Of a stretch of 64,000 nt of DNA, positions 9,142-16,296 are shown piece by piece. Position 1 is the stretch's first letter. Every line of letters begins with the position of its first letter. The notes below the pieces were generated by a model that was not told where the DNA came from, made no database searches, and saw nothing but the letters and a program-made list of their open reading frames with translations. Source of the DNA: an uncultured Eubacteriales bacterium (GTDB lineage Bacteria > Bacillota > Clostridia > Christensenellales > CAG-138); contig CADAPG010000001.1 in the NCBI GenBank assembly GCA_902789675.1, positions 23,859-87,858 on the forward strand, written 5' to 3'. Both the position numbers and the translations under genes were made by a program.

Positions 9142-9780
9142 CTATTTAGAGAAGAAACTCGTAGCCAAAGTTAAGAGTGCTATTATAAAGAAGATCATCA
9201 CAGCTGTGCTGCGAGTGACACGCTTTGATTTCATTTCTAGTTCTTCTTTGATAATGGCTTGTACACTGGTTTCTGCTCCGGAGTAGTGACGATATTCGTC
9301 TTCGCATGCCATAATAAAATCTTTTATAGATTGGAATGTTTTACTTTTATATGTCTTTGTTATACGCAAACATACAATCCAAATGACAATGCAAGGAACG
9401 ATTGGAATGAGAATACGCCATGCTATTCCTATGATGTCCCATACACCTTTTTCTGATCCGATAAACTCTTTTATCGTGTAAAAAACGATATTGCCAAGCG
9501 CAATTAGAACCGTGAAAATATAGAAAAACCACGTAAAATCATCCGCATCATATATCTGCGCTATGAACAGATAGTCGTTCCACATCTGCCTTATACATAT
9601 CGGCTTGTCAGCATCCCACTCATTTCGAGGCAACATTCTGTAAATGATATCAATTATTCTGCCTTTGCTGCTTTCTATATATTCTACTTTTCTACGCTGT
9701 AGGTGGCATATCTCATAGTACATGCAAAATGAAATTGTCGATAATATCAGGACGAGAGTAGCGAAAGCATAAGGTATCAT
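9142..9780 (-). CDS. Hypothetical multi-pass membrane protein (212 aa), AT-rich moron between integrase and repressor
   Basis: Uninterrupted ORF in visibly AT-rich DNA with about 5 hydrophobic helices, including a C-terminal anchor (AVMIFFIIALLTLATSFF). No family recognised. Confidence 0.6.
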   Translation of the reverse strand: MIPYAFATLVLILSTISFCMYYEICHLQRRKVEYIESSKGRIIDIIYRMLPRNEWDADKPICIRQMWNDYLFIAQIYDADDFTWFFYIFTVLIALGNIVFYTIKEFIGSEKGVWDIIGIAWRILIPIVPCIVIWIVCLRITKTYKSKTFQSIKDFIMACEDEYRHYSGAETSVQAIIKEELEMKSKRVTRSTAVMIFFIIALLTLATSFFSK

Positions 9781-9879
9781 TGTATTTCAGCCCTTTCAAT
9801 TATTCGTTTTCAATAAAAGCTATACTGTTCTCCGATCTCATATCATGTCGTCTAATGATAGAAGCAGCATAAAAACACC

Positions 9880-10191
9880 TCAGATTTCCTCGTTCAATTC
9901 ATCTTGACGATCTGCTTTTGCCTTCAGTTCCTTGTATATCAGAACACACCATATGATGTAAAACGCTACCAACGCAAAGAAGATAAGCATAGTCCACCAT
10001 GGCATCGATATGACTTGAATGAAGCAATAAATAAAGATGCCTAAAGCCAAGATGAAAGGTACGATGGGAATAAACTGATTGCAGAAAGCGAATACCAAAC
10101 AAGCGATTATCTGCACCCAAAACGGAAATGGAGTAAATCCAACGATGATGACCGCCATAATGAGCGATAATATCCACATTTTATGTTTCAT
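9880..10191 (-). CDS. Hypothetical small membrane protein (103 aa), AT-rich moron
   Basis: Strong RBS (reverse complement GGAGGAGAAAGAC before the ATG). 3-4 TM helices and an acidic C-terminal tail (DRQDELNEEI). Lies immediately downstream of the repressor on the same strand. Confidence 0.6.
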   Translation of the reverse strand: MKHKMWILSLIMAVIIVGFTPFPFWVQIIACLVFAFCNQFIPIVPFILALGIFIYCFIQVISMPWWTMLIFFALVAFYIIWCVLIYKELKAKADRQDELNEEI

Positions 10192-10222
10192 GTCTTTCTC
10201 CTCCTATAAAATCGAATATCAA

Positions 10223-10555
10223 TCACAGGGCATTCTTGTCTTCTTTTTTGTCTTTGTTTTCTGCAATAAGGAACTGAATATTGCGAATAATATTTGCTTT
10301 TTCAGGATCAGATAGTTTTCTGTATAGAGAAAGCAAATACATCTCACTATCGTCAAAAGGTGAAAACTGACTATTAACAAGATAATCCACAGAAACATGG
10401 AGATGGGCGGCAATCTCACAGATTTTTGAAACAGAAGCAGAAGAATCTGAAAGCTTGCTGATGTATCCTTTGCCAAATCCGCAATCCTTTTCAAGTTGAT
10501 TTATTGATATGCCGCGTTCTTTACAAATGGACTTAATACGCTCTTTTACTGTCAT
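10223..10555 (-). CDS. CI-like XRE-family phage repressor
   Basis: HTH pattern ISINQLEKDCGFGKGYISKL. Divergent from a Cro-like gene across a 211-bp operator region. Confidence 0.85.
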   Translation of the reverse strand: MTVKERIKSICKERGISINQLEKDCGFGKGYISKLSDSSASVSKICEIAAHLHVSVDYLVNSQFSPFDDSEMYLLSLYRKLSDPEKANIIRNIQFLIAENKDKKEDKNAL

Positions 10556-10576
10556 ATAATTTCCACCTCATATAGA

Positions 10577-10748
10577 TTCTGAAAAAATCGCAAAAACTAT
10601 ATTGACAAACTGAATATATCGCGTATAATATAAGTGTGTTCTGAAAATATCGCGCTTTCAATTGACATAAAAATATAGTTTTGTCCGACAAGCAAATTAT
10701 AGTGCTAAATATGCAGCATGTCAATAAAAAAGCGTGATATTTTCAGAA
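10577..10748. promoter_or_regulatory. Phage genetic-switch region: four operator copies (consensus TTCTGAAAATATCGCG) plus two consensus sigma-70-type promoters facing each other
   Basis: O1 10577-10592, O2 10608-10623, O3 10639-10654 (direct, 31-bp spacing), O4 10733-10748 (inverted). Plus strand: TTGACA 10602-10607, 16 nt, TATAAT 10624-10629. Minus strand: TTGACA (reverse complement of 10719-10724), 17 nt, TATAAT (reverse complement of 10696-10701). Confidence 0.6.
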
Positions 10749-10766
10749 CGAACCGCAGGAGGAGAT

Positions 10767-10988
10767 ATGCAGATTTACGAAAAGATTAAATTAATTGCAA
10801 AAAACAAAAAGATCACGATTGATGCAATTGAAAAGGAAGCGAATCTTGGACGAGGTAGCTTATCGAAATGGAATACGGTCAGTCCCTCAGTTGGAAATCT
10901 TTTGAAAGTGGCAAAAATACTTGGCTGTAGTCTTGATGATTTGATCCAAGACGAAGAAGCAGATAATCAAAGCATAATACCAGCTTAA
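10767..10988 (+). CDS. Cro-like XRE-family HTH protein
   Basis: AGGAGGAG RBS then ATG 10767; the ORF-track start 10734 is upstream of the RBS. HTH pattern ITIDAIEKEANLGRGSLSKW. Confidence 0.8.
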   Translation: MQIYEKIKLIAKNKKITIDAIEKEANLGRGSLSKWNTVSPSVGNLLKVAKILGCSLDDLIQDEEADNQSIIPA

Positions 10989-11042
10989 TACACTGCCGGT
11001 GATCATCAATCTTTTATGTTTTATACAGAAAGGAGCAGGGAA

Positions 11043-11309
11043 ATGCCAAAGACCAGAGGAAAGTCCAGGAACAAGAGCTCGGCGGGGAGAATCGCCTACC
11101 TGGAATCGCGCAAGCCGTTCATCCCGGAGTACGGGAAGATCTACGAGCACATAAACGGCGGGCGGTACGAGTGCATTGATGCGTCGCCGAGCGAGAAGCG
11201 CGCCCGCTTCCGGAACGTCAAAACGATGCTGACGAAGACGGCGTTAGGCATCGGAATATACGAGGACGGGCGGATCGACTGGGAACACACGGTATACAAC
11301 ACGTTTTAA
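11043..11309 (+). CDS. Hypothetical early phage protein (88 aa, basic N-terminus)
   Basis: AAAGGAGCAGGGAA then ATG 11043. Coding-like ORF in the early operon. Confidence 0.55.
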   Translation: MPKTRGKSRNKSSAGRIAYLESRKPFIPEYGKIYEHINGGRYECIDASPSEKRARFRNVKTMLTKTALGIGIYEDGRIDWEHTVYNTF

Positions 11310-11326
11310 GGAATGAGGGCGGCTAT

Positions 11327-11605
11327 ATGGAATATGTCAACATTGCAGACGTCGTATGGCGTACAGACGCCATTACGCGCCAATACGTTCAGGAAAACTA
11401 TGCTATGCTCATGTACCCCGGCAGGATGTCAGCGCGCGAGCTTGCAACAGCAGCAACGTACTGCGCCGGTATTGATAACCCTTATACGAAAGAGCTTTGC
11501 CGGGCGGCCGGACTGCTTGAATCGTTAGAACGTGCCGCATCGGACGAAGAACGTGCTGCGGTGCTCCGGGAAACGGCCAGAAGATTCAGAATGACAATAA
11601 TCTGA
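11327..11605 (+). CDS. Hypothetical early phage protein (92 aa)
   Basis: ORF with an upstream GAGGG and the same orientation as the neighbouring early genes. Confidence 0.55.
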   Translation: MEYVNIADVVWRTDAITRQYVQENYAMLMYPGRMSARELATAATYCAGIDNPYTKELCRAAGLLESLERAASDEERAAVLRETARRFRMTII

Positions 11606-11775
11606 ACACGAACCCAACAGGCGCGGATCCGGCTACTGTCCGGGATGTGAGATAAGAGTGCCGCGCCGTGGTGATAAGGGGCGCAACTCGCCGCGCCCCG
11701 CTAATGCAGCCGAAGGCGGTCACAAGCCCGCGTGAAAAATGCAGAGTGGCGAATGCAATAAGGGAGACAACGTGC

Positions 11776-12069
11776 ATGTTTGACGAAAAGACGATGAATA
11801 CCGCACGGGAATACGAATCGACCATTATGAGCGATATTTTAACCGCAGAAGAAGCGTTAAAGAGGAGCTTATGGGTCGACGCAAAGGTTGTTGTGTGGAT
11901 GTCGTATGAACTGTATTGCGACATGCTCTTTAAGTGTCGAGCGATCGGCGGGGAAGTCGGCGGTGAACGCACATTCCACGAGTATCGGGTCATGATCTAT
12001 TCGGGCGGATGCAAGGAAAAGAGTTACGAGGTTCATATCTATACTGAGAAAAAGGTCTTTGAAATCTAA
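11776..12069 (+). CDS. Hypothetical early phage protein (97 aa)
   Basis: GGGAGACAACGTGC then ATG 11776. The ORF-track start 11668 has no RBS and a non-protein-like N-terminus. Confidence 0.5.
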   Translation: MFDEKTMNTAREYESTIMSDILTAEEALKRSLWVDAKVVVWMSYELYCDMLFKCRAIGGEVGGERTFHEYRVMIYSGGCKEKSYEVHIYTEKKVFEI

Positions 12070-12089
12070 AACAGGAGGTGATATTGCTT

Positions 12090-12344
12090 ATGAGCCCCAT
12101 AAGAGGCGTCTGCAGCAGATGCGGCCGGCCGATTAAATGGATCCGGACGAAGAACAAGAAGCAAATGCCGGTAGACTTCGAGCCGGTACCGTATTGGGCG
12201 AATAAGAACGGGAAAGGCGTGATCATCACAGTGAACGGCGGGACAATGCGCTGTGATCTGCAGGGGCAGCCGAACCGTGAAACGGGCTTCGGGTATATGA
12301 CGCATTTTGCGACGTGCCCGGGAGTAAAACAACAGGCGATCTGA
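12090..12344 (+). CDS. Hypothetical zinc-ribbon protein (84 aa)
   Basis: AGGAGGTG RBS then ATG 12090. CSRCGRP...C...H..TCP cysteine pattern. Confidence 0.55.
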   Translation: MSPIRGVCSRCGRPIKWIRTKNKKQMPVDFEPVPYWANKNGKGVIITVNGGTMRCDLQGQPNRETGFGYMTHFATCPGVKQQAI

Positions 12345-12362
12345 TCGTCGGGAGGAGAAGAG

Positions 12363-12614
12363 ATGAAACCGAAAGACCCGCCAATCGATTGGATGAAGGC
12401 CGTGATCCTGGAGCGCATGGAAACGTTCGACTTCAGCAGGGAGGATGTATGTACGCTCGCGAAGCTCAGCGTTCCGACGTTTCGGTCCATGATGCGGGAG
12501 CCGGCCGTGGAATGGGACCACGCGAAGCGGAAGGCGGTCATGAGGGCGCTGCACATCAGCGTTGCAGATCTTCCGCAGGACGTCCAGATCAGTATTGCAA
12601 AGGAGTTAGGGTAG
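12363..12614 (+). CDS. Hypothetical early phage protein (83 aa, possible HTH)
   Basis: GGGAGGAGAAGAG then ATG 12363. The segment DVCTLAKLSVPTFRSMM looks HTH-like. Confidence 0.5.
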   Translation: MKPKDPPIDWMKAVILERMETFDFSREDVCTLAKLSVPTFRSMMREPAVEWDHAKRKAVMRALHISVADLPQDVQISIAKELG

Positions 12615-12616
12615 GT

Positions 12617-12832
12617 ATGGAACAGATCACAAAGAGCGCAATCAACGAGCGAGCTGTAAATATCGCCGCAAGGATCATGCAGGCGGCAGGTCTCTGTCGC
12701 TTCGATAACCCTATGAAGTGCAGGAAGACGTGGCCGACGTCCCCGTGGGAATGTACCGAATGCATCAAGCGTTGGCTGCTCGGCAAGGCGAAGAAGGAGC
12801 TCGAACTGAAACAGGAGGCAAAGCGGCAATGA
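12617..12832 (+). CDS. Hypothetical early phage protein (71 aa)
   Basis: ATG 12617 lies 3 nt after the previous stop. The ORF-track 12314 start overlaps two upstream genes. Confidence 0.5.
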   Translation: MEQITKSAINERAVNIAARIMQAAGLCRFDNPMKCRKTWPTSPWECTECIKRWLLGKAKKELELKQEAKRQ

Positions 12833-12996
12833 GTTGCGCAGACAAGGCGCTTGCGGTAATTGAGCTTATAGGAGCGGGAATCATTTCAATTCTGATAATG
12901 GTGGCGCTCGGATCGATCATCATGATACCCGGGAGGCTGTCAGACATTGCGGACGAATTAAGAAAAGCGAATAAGGGGAAGGAGAAAAAGCAGTGA
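12829..12996 (+). CDS. Small membrane protein (55 aa)
   Basis: ATGA overlap with the upstream stop. One TM helix (VIELIGAGIISILIMVALGSIIMI) and a basic tail. Confidence 0.45.
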   Translation: MSCADKALAVIELIGAGIISILIMVALGSIIMIPGRLSDIADELRKANKGKEKKQ

Positions 12997-14717
12997 GAGA
13001 CCGCGGGGAAGACGTACAATCCCAGGAGATCTTCGTAGACAACTTCGCGGGCGGCGGTGGGGCAAGCACAGGGATTGAGCTTGCTATCGGAAGAAGCGTT
13101 GATATAGCGATTAACCACGATCCTGCAGCGATCGCTATGCACAAGGTCAATCATCCGAACACAAAGCACTATACCGAGGACGTCTGGGCGGTGGATCCGG
13201 TGGACGCCTGTGCCGGGCGGAGCGTGGCGCTTGCGTGGTTTTCGCCTGATTGCAAGCATTTCAGCCGTGCGAAAGGCGGCAAGCCGGTAGATAAGAATAT
13301 CCGAGGTCTTGCATGGGTTGCGATCCGATGGGCGTACCTCGTTAGACCGCGCGTGATTATGATGGAGAATGTTCCGGAAATCGTTACATGGGGGCCGCTT
13401 GATAAGCACAACAAACCGATCCCGGAACGCGCCGGAGAGACGTTCAACGCCTTTGTAGGAGCGCTGACGGTTGGAATATGGGACAAACACCCTGCAATCA
13501 AGGAAATGTGTGATGCGCTGCAAATAGACCGAGAATCGTCTATAGCAAAGGATATTATCGCAAAAGGTCTCGGTTATCAGGTGGAGTTTCACAAAATGCG
13601 CTCTTGCGATTACGGAGCACCGACGTCACGGGAACGGTTTTATATGATTGCGCGCTGTGACGGTGCGCCGATCCGGTGGCCGGAGCCTACGCATGCGCCG
13701 AAGGGCTCGTTTGAGGTTCTTTCCGGAGAAAAGCAGCCGTACCGCACGGCGGCGGAGTGCATCGACTGGTCTATTCCGTGTCAGAGCATTTTCGAGCGTG
13801 AAAAGCCGCTTGCGGAAAACACTCTGCGCCGGATTGCCCGCGGTATCAAAAAATTTGTGATCGACAATCCGAACCCGTTTATTGTGACGGTCAACCACAA
13901 AGGCGACGGCTTCCGAGGTCAAGACATCGCGGAACCGCTCGGAACTGTTACAGCAAAGAACGGATACGGCGTCGTGGTTCCGACGATCATGTGCAACAAT
14001 GCAAACAACGTCGGAAAGCCCGCAGATTCGCCGCTGCCGACCGTAACGACCGGAAATAGGAATTTCCTTGTAGCGCCCTCGTTGATTCAGTACCATTCTG
14101 AACAACAGGAAAACGAGGTCCGAGGGCAAGAACTGACAGAGCCGATCCAGACGCTTGACACGCAAAACAGATATGCGTTATCAGTCGCGGCAATCATGAA
14201 GAACTACGCGGGCGGCTACTCCGGTGCTGGCAGCTCGGTCGAAGATCCTTTGCATACGGTTACAGCGACCGACCACAACGCCCTTTTGACGGCGCATATC
14301 TTAACGTTACGCAACAACATGGACGGACAGGAGCTTGACGAGCCGCTGTCAACGGTCACGGCGGGCGGCTTGCACCACGCAGAGGTCGAAGCGTTCTTGA
14401 TAAAGTATTTTTCAACCGGATCACCGAAGCTGGTGGACGAACCGCTTGACACCATCACAACAAAAGACCGCTTTGCGGTCGTGACGATCCACGGCGAAGA
14501 ATACGTTATCACGGACATTCGTATGCGAATGCTGCAACCGAAGGAACTGTTCAAGGCGCAGGGGTTTCCGGATAATTACATCATCGACCACGACGCAGAC
14601 GGCAATCCGTACCCGAAGAAGGAACAAGTGGCGAAATGCGGCAATGCCGTCACGCCGCCGACCGCGGCGGCGCTCGTTCGGGCGAATCTGCCGGAGTATT
14701 GCAGGGAGGCAGTATGA
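12993..14717 (+). CDS. DNA (cytosine-5)-methyltransferase with greatly expanded, internally repeated target-recognition region
   Basis: AAGGAG RBS then GTG 12993. Motif I FAGGGGAS, IV SPDCKHFS, VI MENVPE, VIII TSRERF, IX QPKELFKAQGFP, X CGNAVTPP. About 285 aa lie between motifs VIII and IX and contain six (E/D/S)P(L/I)xT(V/L/I)(T/D) repeats. Confidence 0.9.
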   Translation: MRDRGEDVQSQEIFVDNFAGGGGASTGIELAIGRSVDIAINHDPAAIAMHKVNHPNTKHYTEDVWAVDPVDACAGRSVALAWFSPDCKHFSRAKGGKPVDKNIRGLAWVAIRWAYLVRPRVIMMENVPEIVTWGPLDKHNKPIPERAGETFNAFVGALTVGIWDKHPAIKEMCDALQIDRESSIAKDIIAKGLGYQVEFHKMRSCDYGAPTSRERFYMIARCDGAPIRWPEPTHAPKGSFEVLSGEKQPYRTAAECIDWSIPCQSIFEREKPLAENTLRRIARGIKKFVIDNPNPFIVTVNHKGDGFRGQDIAEPLGTVTAKNGYGVVVPTIMCNNANNVGKPADSPLPTVTTGNRNFLVAPSLIQYHSEQQENEVRGQELTEPIQTLDTQNRYALSVAAIMKNYAGGYSGAGSSVEDPLHTVTATDHNALLTAHILTLRNNMDGQELDEPLSTVTAGGLHHAEVEAFLIKYFSTGSPKLVDEPLDTITTKDRFAVVTIHGEEYVITDIRMRMLQPKELFKAQGFPDNYIIDHDADGNPYPKKEQVAKCGNAVTPPTAAALVRANLPEYCREAV

Positions 14718-15094
14718 AAGAAAAACCTTGGCCATATACGGACGGCGAGATCCGGACGATGTACAAAGATGCGGTTGATCCGCGTGGACAGATTAAGATC
14801 ATTGCGGAGCTGTGCTGCAAGAGCACGAAAGAGGTAGAAGCACGGCCTCTTGCTCTCGGATGCGATTTGTCAATCAGCTCGAAAAAACATCCGAACTATA
14901 TAAAGACGTCAAATAATGCCAATGCGTGGACGGAACAAGAGCTTGATATTTTGATCAGAGGAGCCGATCGAGGGGATACGGTCGAGAGTATTCAAAGGAG
15001 ACTGCCGACCAGATCAGTAAAAGCAATATACCGAGAGGCTAAGAAGTGCGGGTTTCCGATAAAGGCGCAGACAAGAAGGAGGGACACGAATTGA
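14714..15094 (+). CDS. Hypothetical protein with SANT/Myb-like helix-turn-helix segment (126 aa)
   Basis: GGAGGCAGT then ATG 14714, overlapping the MTase stop. AWTEQELDILIRGADRGDTVESIQRRL resembles a Myb/SANT repeat. Confidence 0.55.
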   Translation: MKEKPWPYTDGEIRTMYKDAVDPRGQIKIIAELCCKSTKEVEARPLALGCDLSISSKKHPNYIKTSNNANAWTEQELDILIRGADRGDTVESIQRRLPTRSVKAIYREAKKCGFPIKAQTRRRDTN

Positions 15095-15525
15095 CACCGA
15101 CATATTATTTGGATCCGGAATACGTCGAGCAGCAAGTCTTGCAGATCGAAGCGGAAAACAAGAAACTGCTTTTGATCGCTATCATTGTGATCGGCATCGC
15201 GGCGATCATATACATGGTCACAAAGTACATCCGATATAGAAACGCCCGTAAAAAAACAATCTCTGATCTTCGAAAGCGTATCAAGCGATTAGAGAAGGAG
15301 CGGGATCACCTGCAAACGAAGCGCTGCATCGACGCACAGGAAAAGTGCGACATCGAGAGCGACTGCGAGTGGAGGATTGCGGAAGCCGAGAAAAACGCTG
15401 CAGAACGCATCAGAGTAGAGCAGAAAAAAACGGCCGCCGCGGAGAGCAGAACGCAGCAATCGGAGGATCTGCGCAAGCAGATCGCACAGGCGGCGGATAA
15501 GATCATCGGGGAGGCGATCGCATGA
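15091..15525 (+). CDS. Membrane-anchored coiled-coil protein (144 aa)
   Basis: AAGGAGGG then TTG 15091, overlapping the upstream TGA. One TM helix (LLLIAIIVIGIAAIIYMV) followed by a charged helical region. Confidence 0.45.
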   Translation: MTPTYYLDPEYVEQQVLQIEAENKKLLLIAIIVIGIAAIIYMVTKYIRYRNARKKTISDLRKRIKRLEKERDHLQTKRCIDAQEKCDIESDCEWRIAEAEKNAAERIRVEQKKTAAAESRTQQSEDLRKQIAQAADKIIGEAIA

Positions 15526-16103
15526 AGCTAAAAAGCATCGGAAAGCTGTGTACGTACCGAAAAGAGGTAAACATTCTGCAGAAGATAAATGATACCGGTA
15601 CAATCAGGCGGTATATCGGTGACGGTCATGCGTTTTACGAGGTAGGCGAGCTTGGCGACGTTGTTGATCTGGATATCATGCAGACGATCTTCGACGTTAA
15701 GAAAGAGGATCGCGCAAGCTGGTCATATAGAAACATGACCGAAAGCGTCTATGCGCCTTTAGAGGACGAATGCGCCGGCGAACAGATCTTGAGGGCAATC
15801 GATCTGCGTATGAAATGGCACGGACTTGAACTGATGCCGCTTTCGTACGCGGACGGGATCTGCTTTATCGACACGGACTACCTTGCGCCGATGCGCGACG
15901 AGATCAAAGAGGGCGGCGTCGGATTTTATAAGCGGGCGGGAGAGTCGATCGTGACCGTCAAGAACGGCATGTGTAAGGCGATTGCGTGCATTATGCTTTC
16001 AAAAGTTCCGGAAGCTGCGGTAGACGCTCTATATGAGATCTATCGTGCGATATCGCTGTACCGTGTGGAACCGTCAGAGACGGATGGCTTATCAGACCAG
16101 TGA
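15522..16103 (+). CDS. Hypothetical early phage protein (193 aa)
   Basis: ATGA overlap with the upstream gene. Coding-like composition; no motif recognised. Confidence 0.55.
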   Translation: MKLKSIGKLCTYRKEVNILQKINDTGTIRRYIGDGHAFYEVGELGDVVDLDIMQTIFDVKKEDRASWSYRNMTESVYAPLEDECAGEQILRAIDLRMKWHGLELMPLSYADGICFIDTDYLAPMRDEIKEGGVGFYKRAGESIVTVKNGMCKAIACIMLSKVPEAAVDALYEIYRAISLYRVEPSETDGLSDQ

Positions 16104-16107
16104 TTCT

Positions 16108-16296
16108 ATGCGTGCGATCATTAAGTATCCTGGATCAAAGTGGAGAATCGCCAAGTGGATCATCGATCATTTTCCACCGCATCATAGCTATCTCGAACCA
16201 TTCTTTGGATCCGGGGCCGTGCTTTTCACGAAAAAAAGAAGCAACATTGAAACCATAAACGATTTGGACGAGAATGTAGAAAAGGAGGAAACAGGA
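16108..16296 (+). pseudogene. N-terminal ~60-aa remnant of a Dam-like (D12 class) N6-adenine DNA methyltransferase, reading in frame into the next gene
   Basis: MRAIIKYPGSKWRIAKWIIDHFPPHHSYLEPFFGSGAVLFTKKRSNIETINDLD matches the family N-terminus and the SAM motif (FxGxG). The DPPY catalytic motif and the remaining ~200 aa are absent from every frame downstream. Confidence 0.65.

Noticed and set aside
7978-9174. 398-aa plus-strand ORF covering the integrase locus
   Set aside because: It is antisense to a well-supported tyrosine integrase, has an Arg/Ala/Gly/His-rich composition typical of shadow ORFs in GC-rich DNA, and has no RBS or motif.
11678-11699. GC-rich hairpin GGGGCGC-N8-GCGCCCC in the 170-bp gap between early genes
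   Set aside because: There is no following T-run and no second copy, so I could not distinguish a functional RNA or terminator from chance structure in GC-rich DNA.
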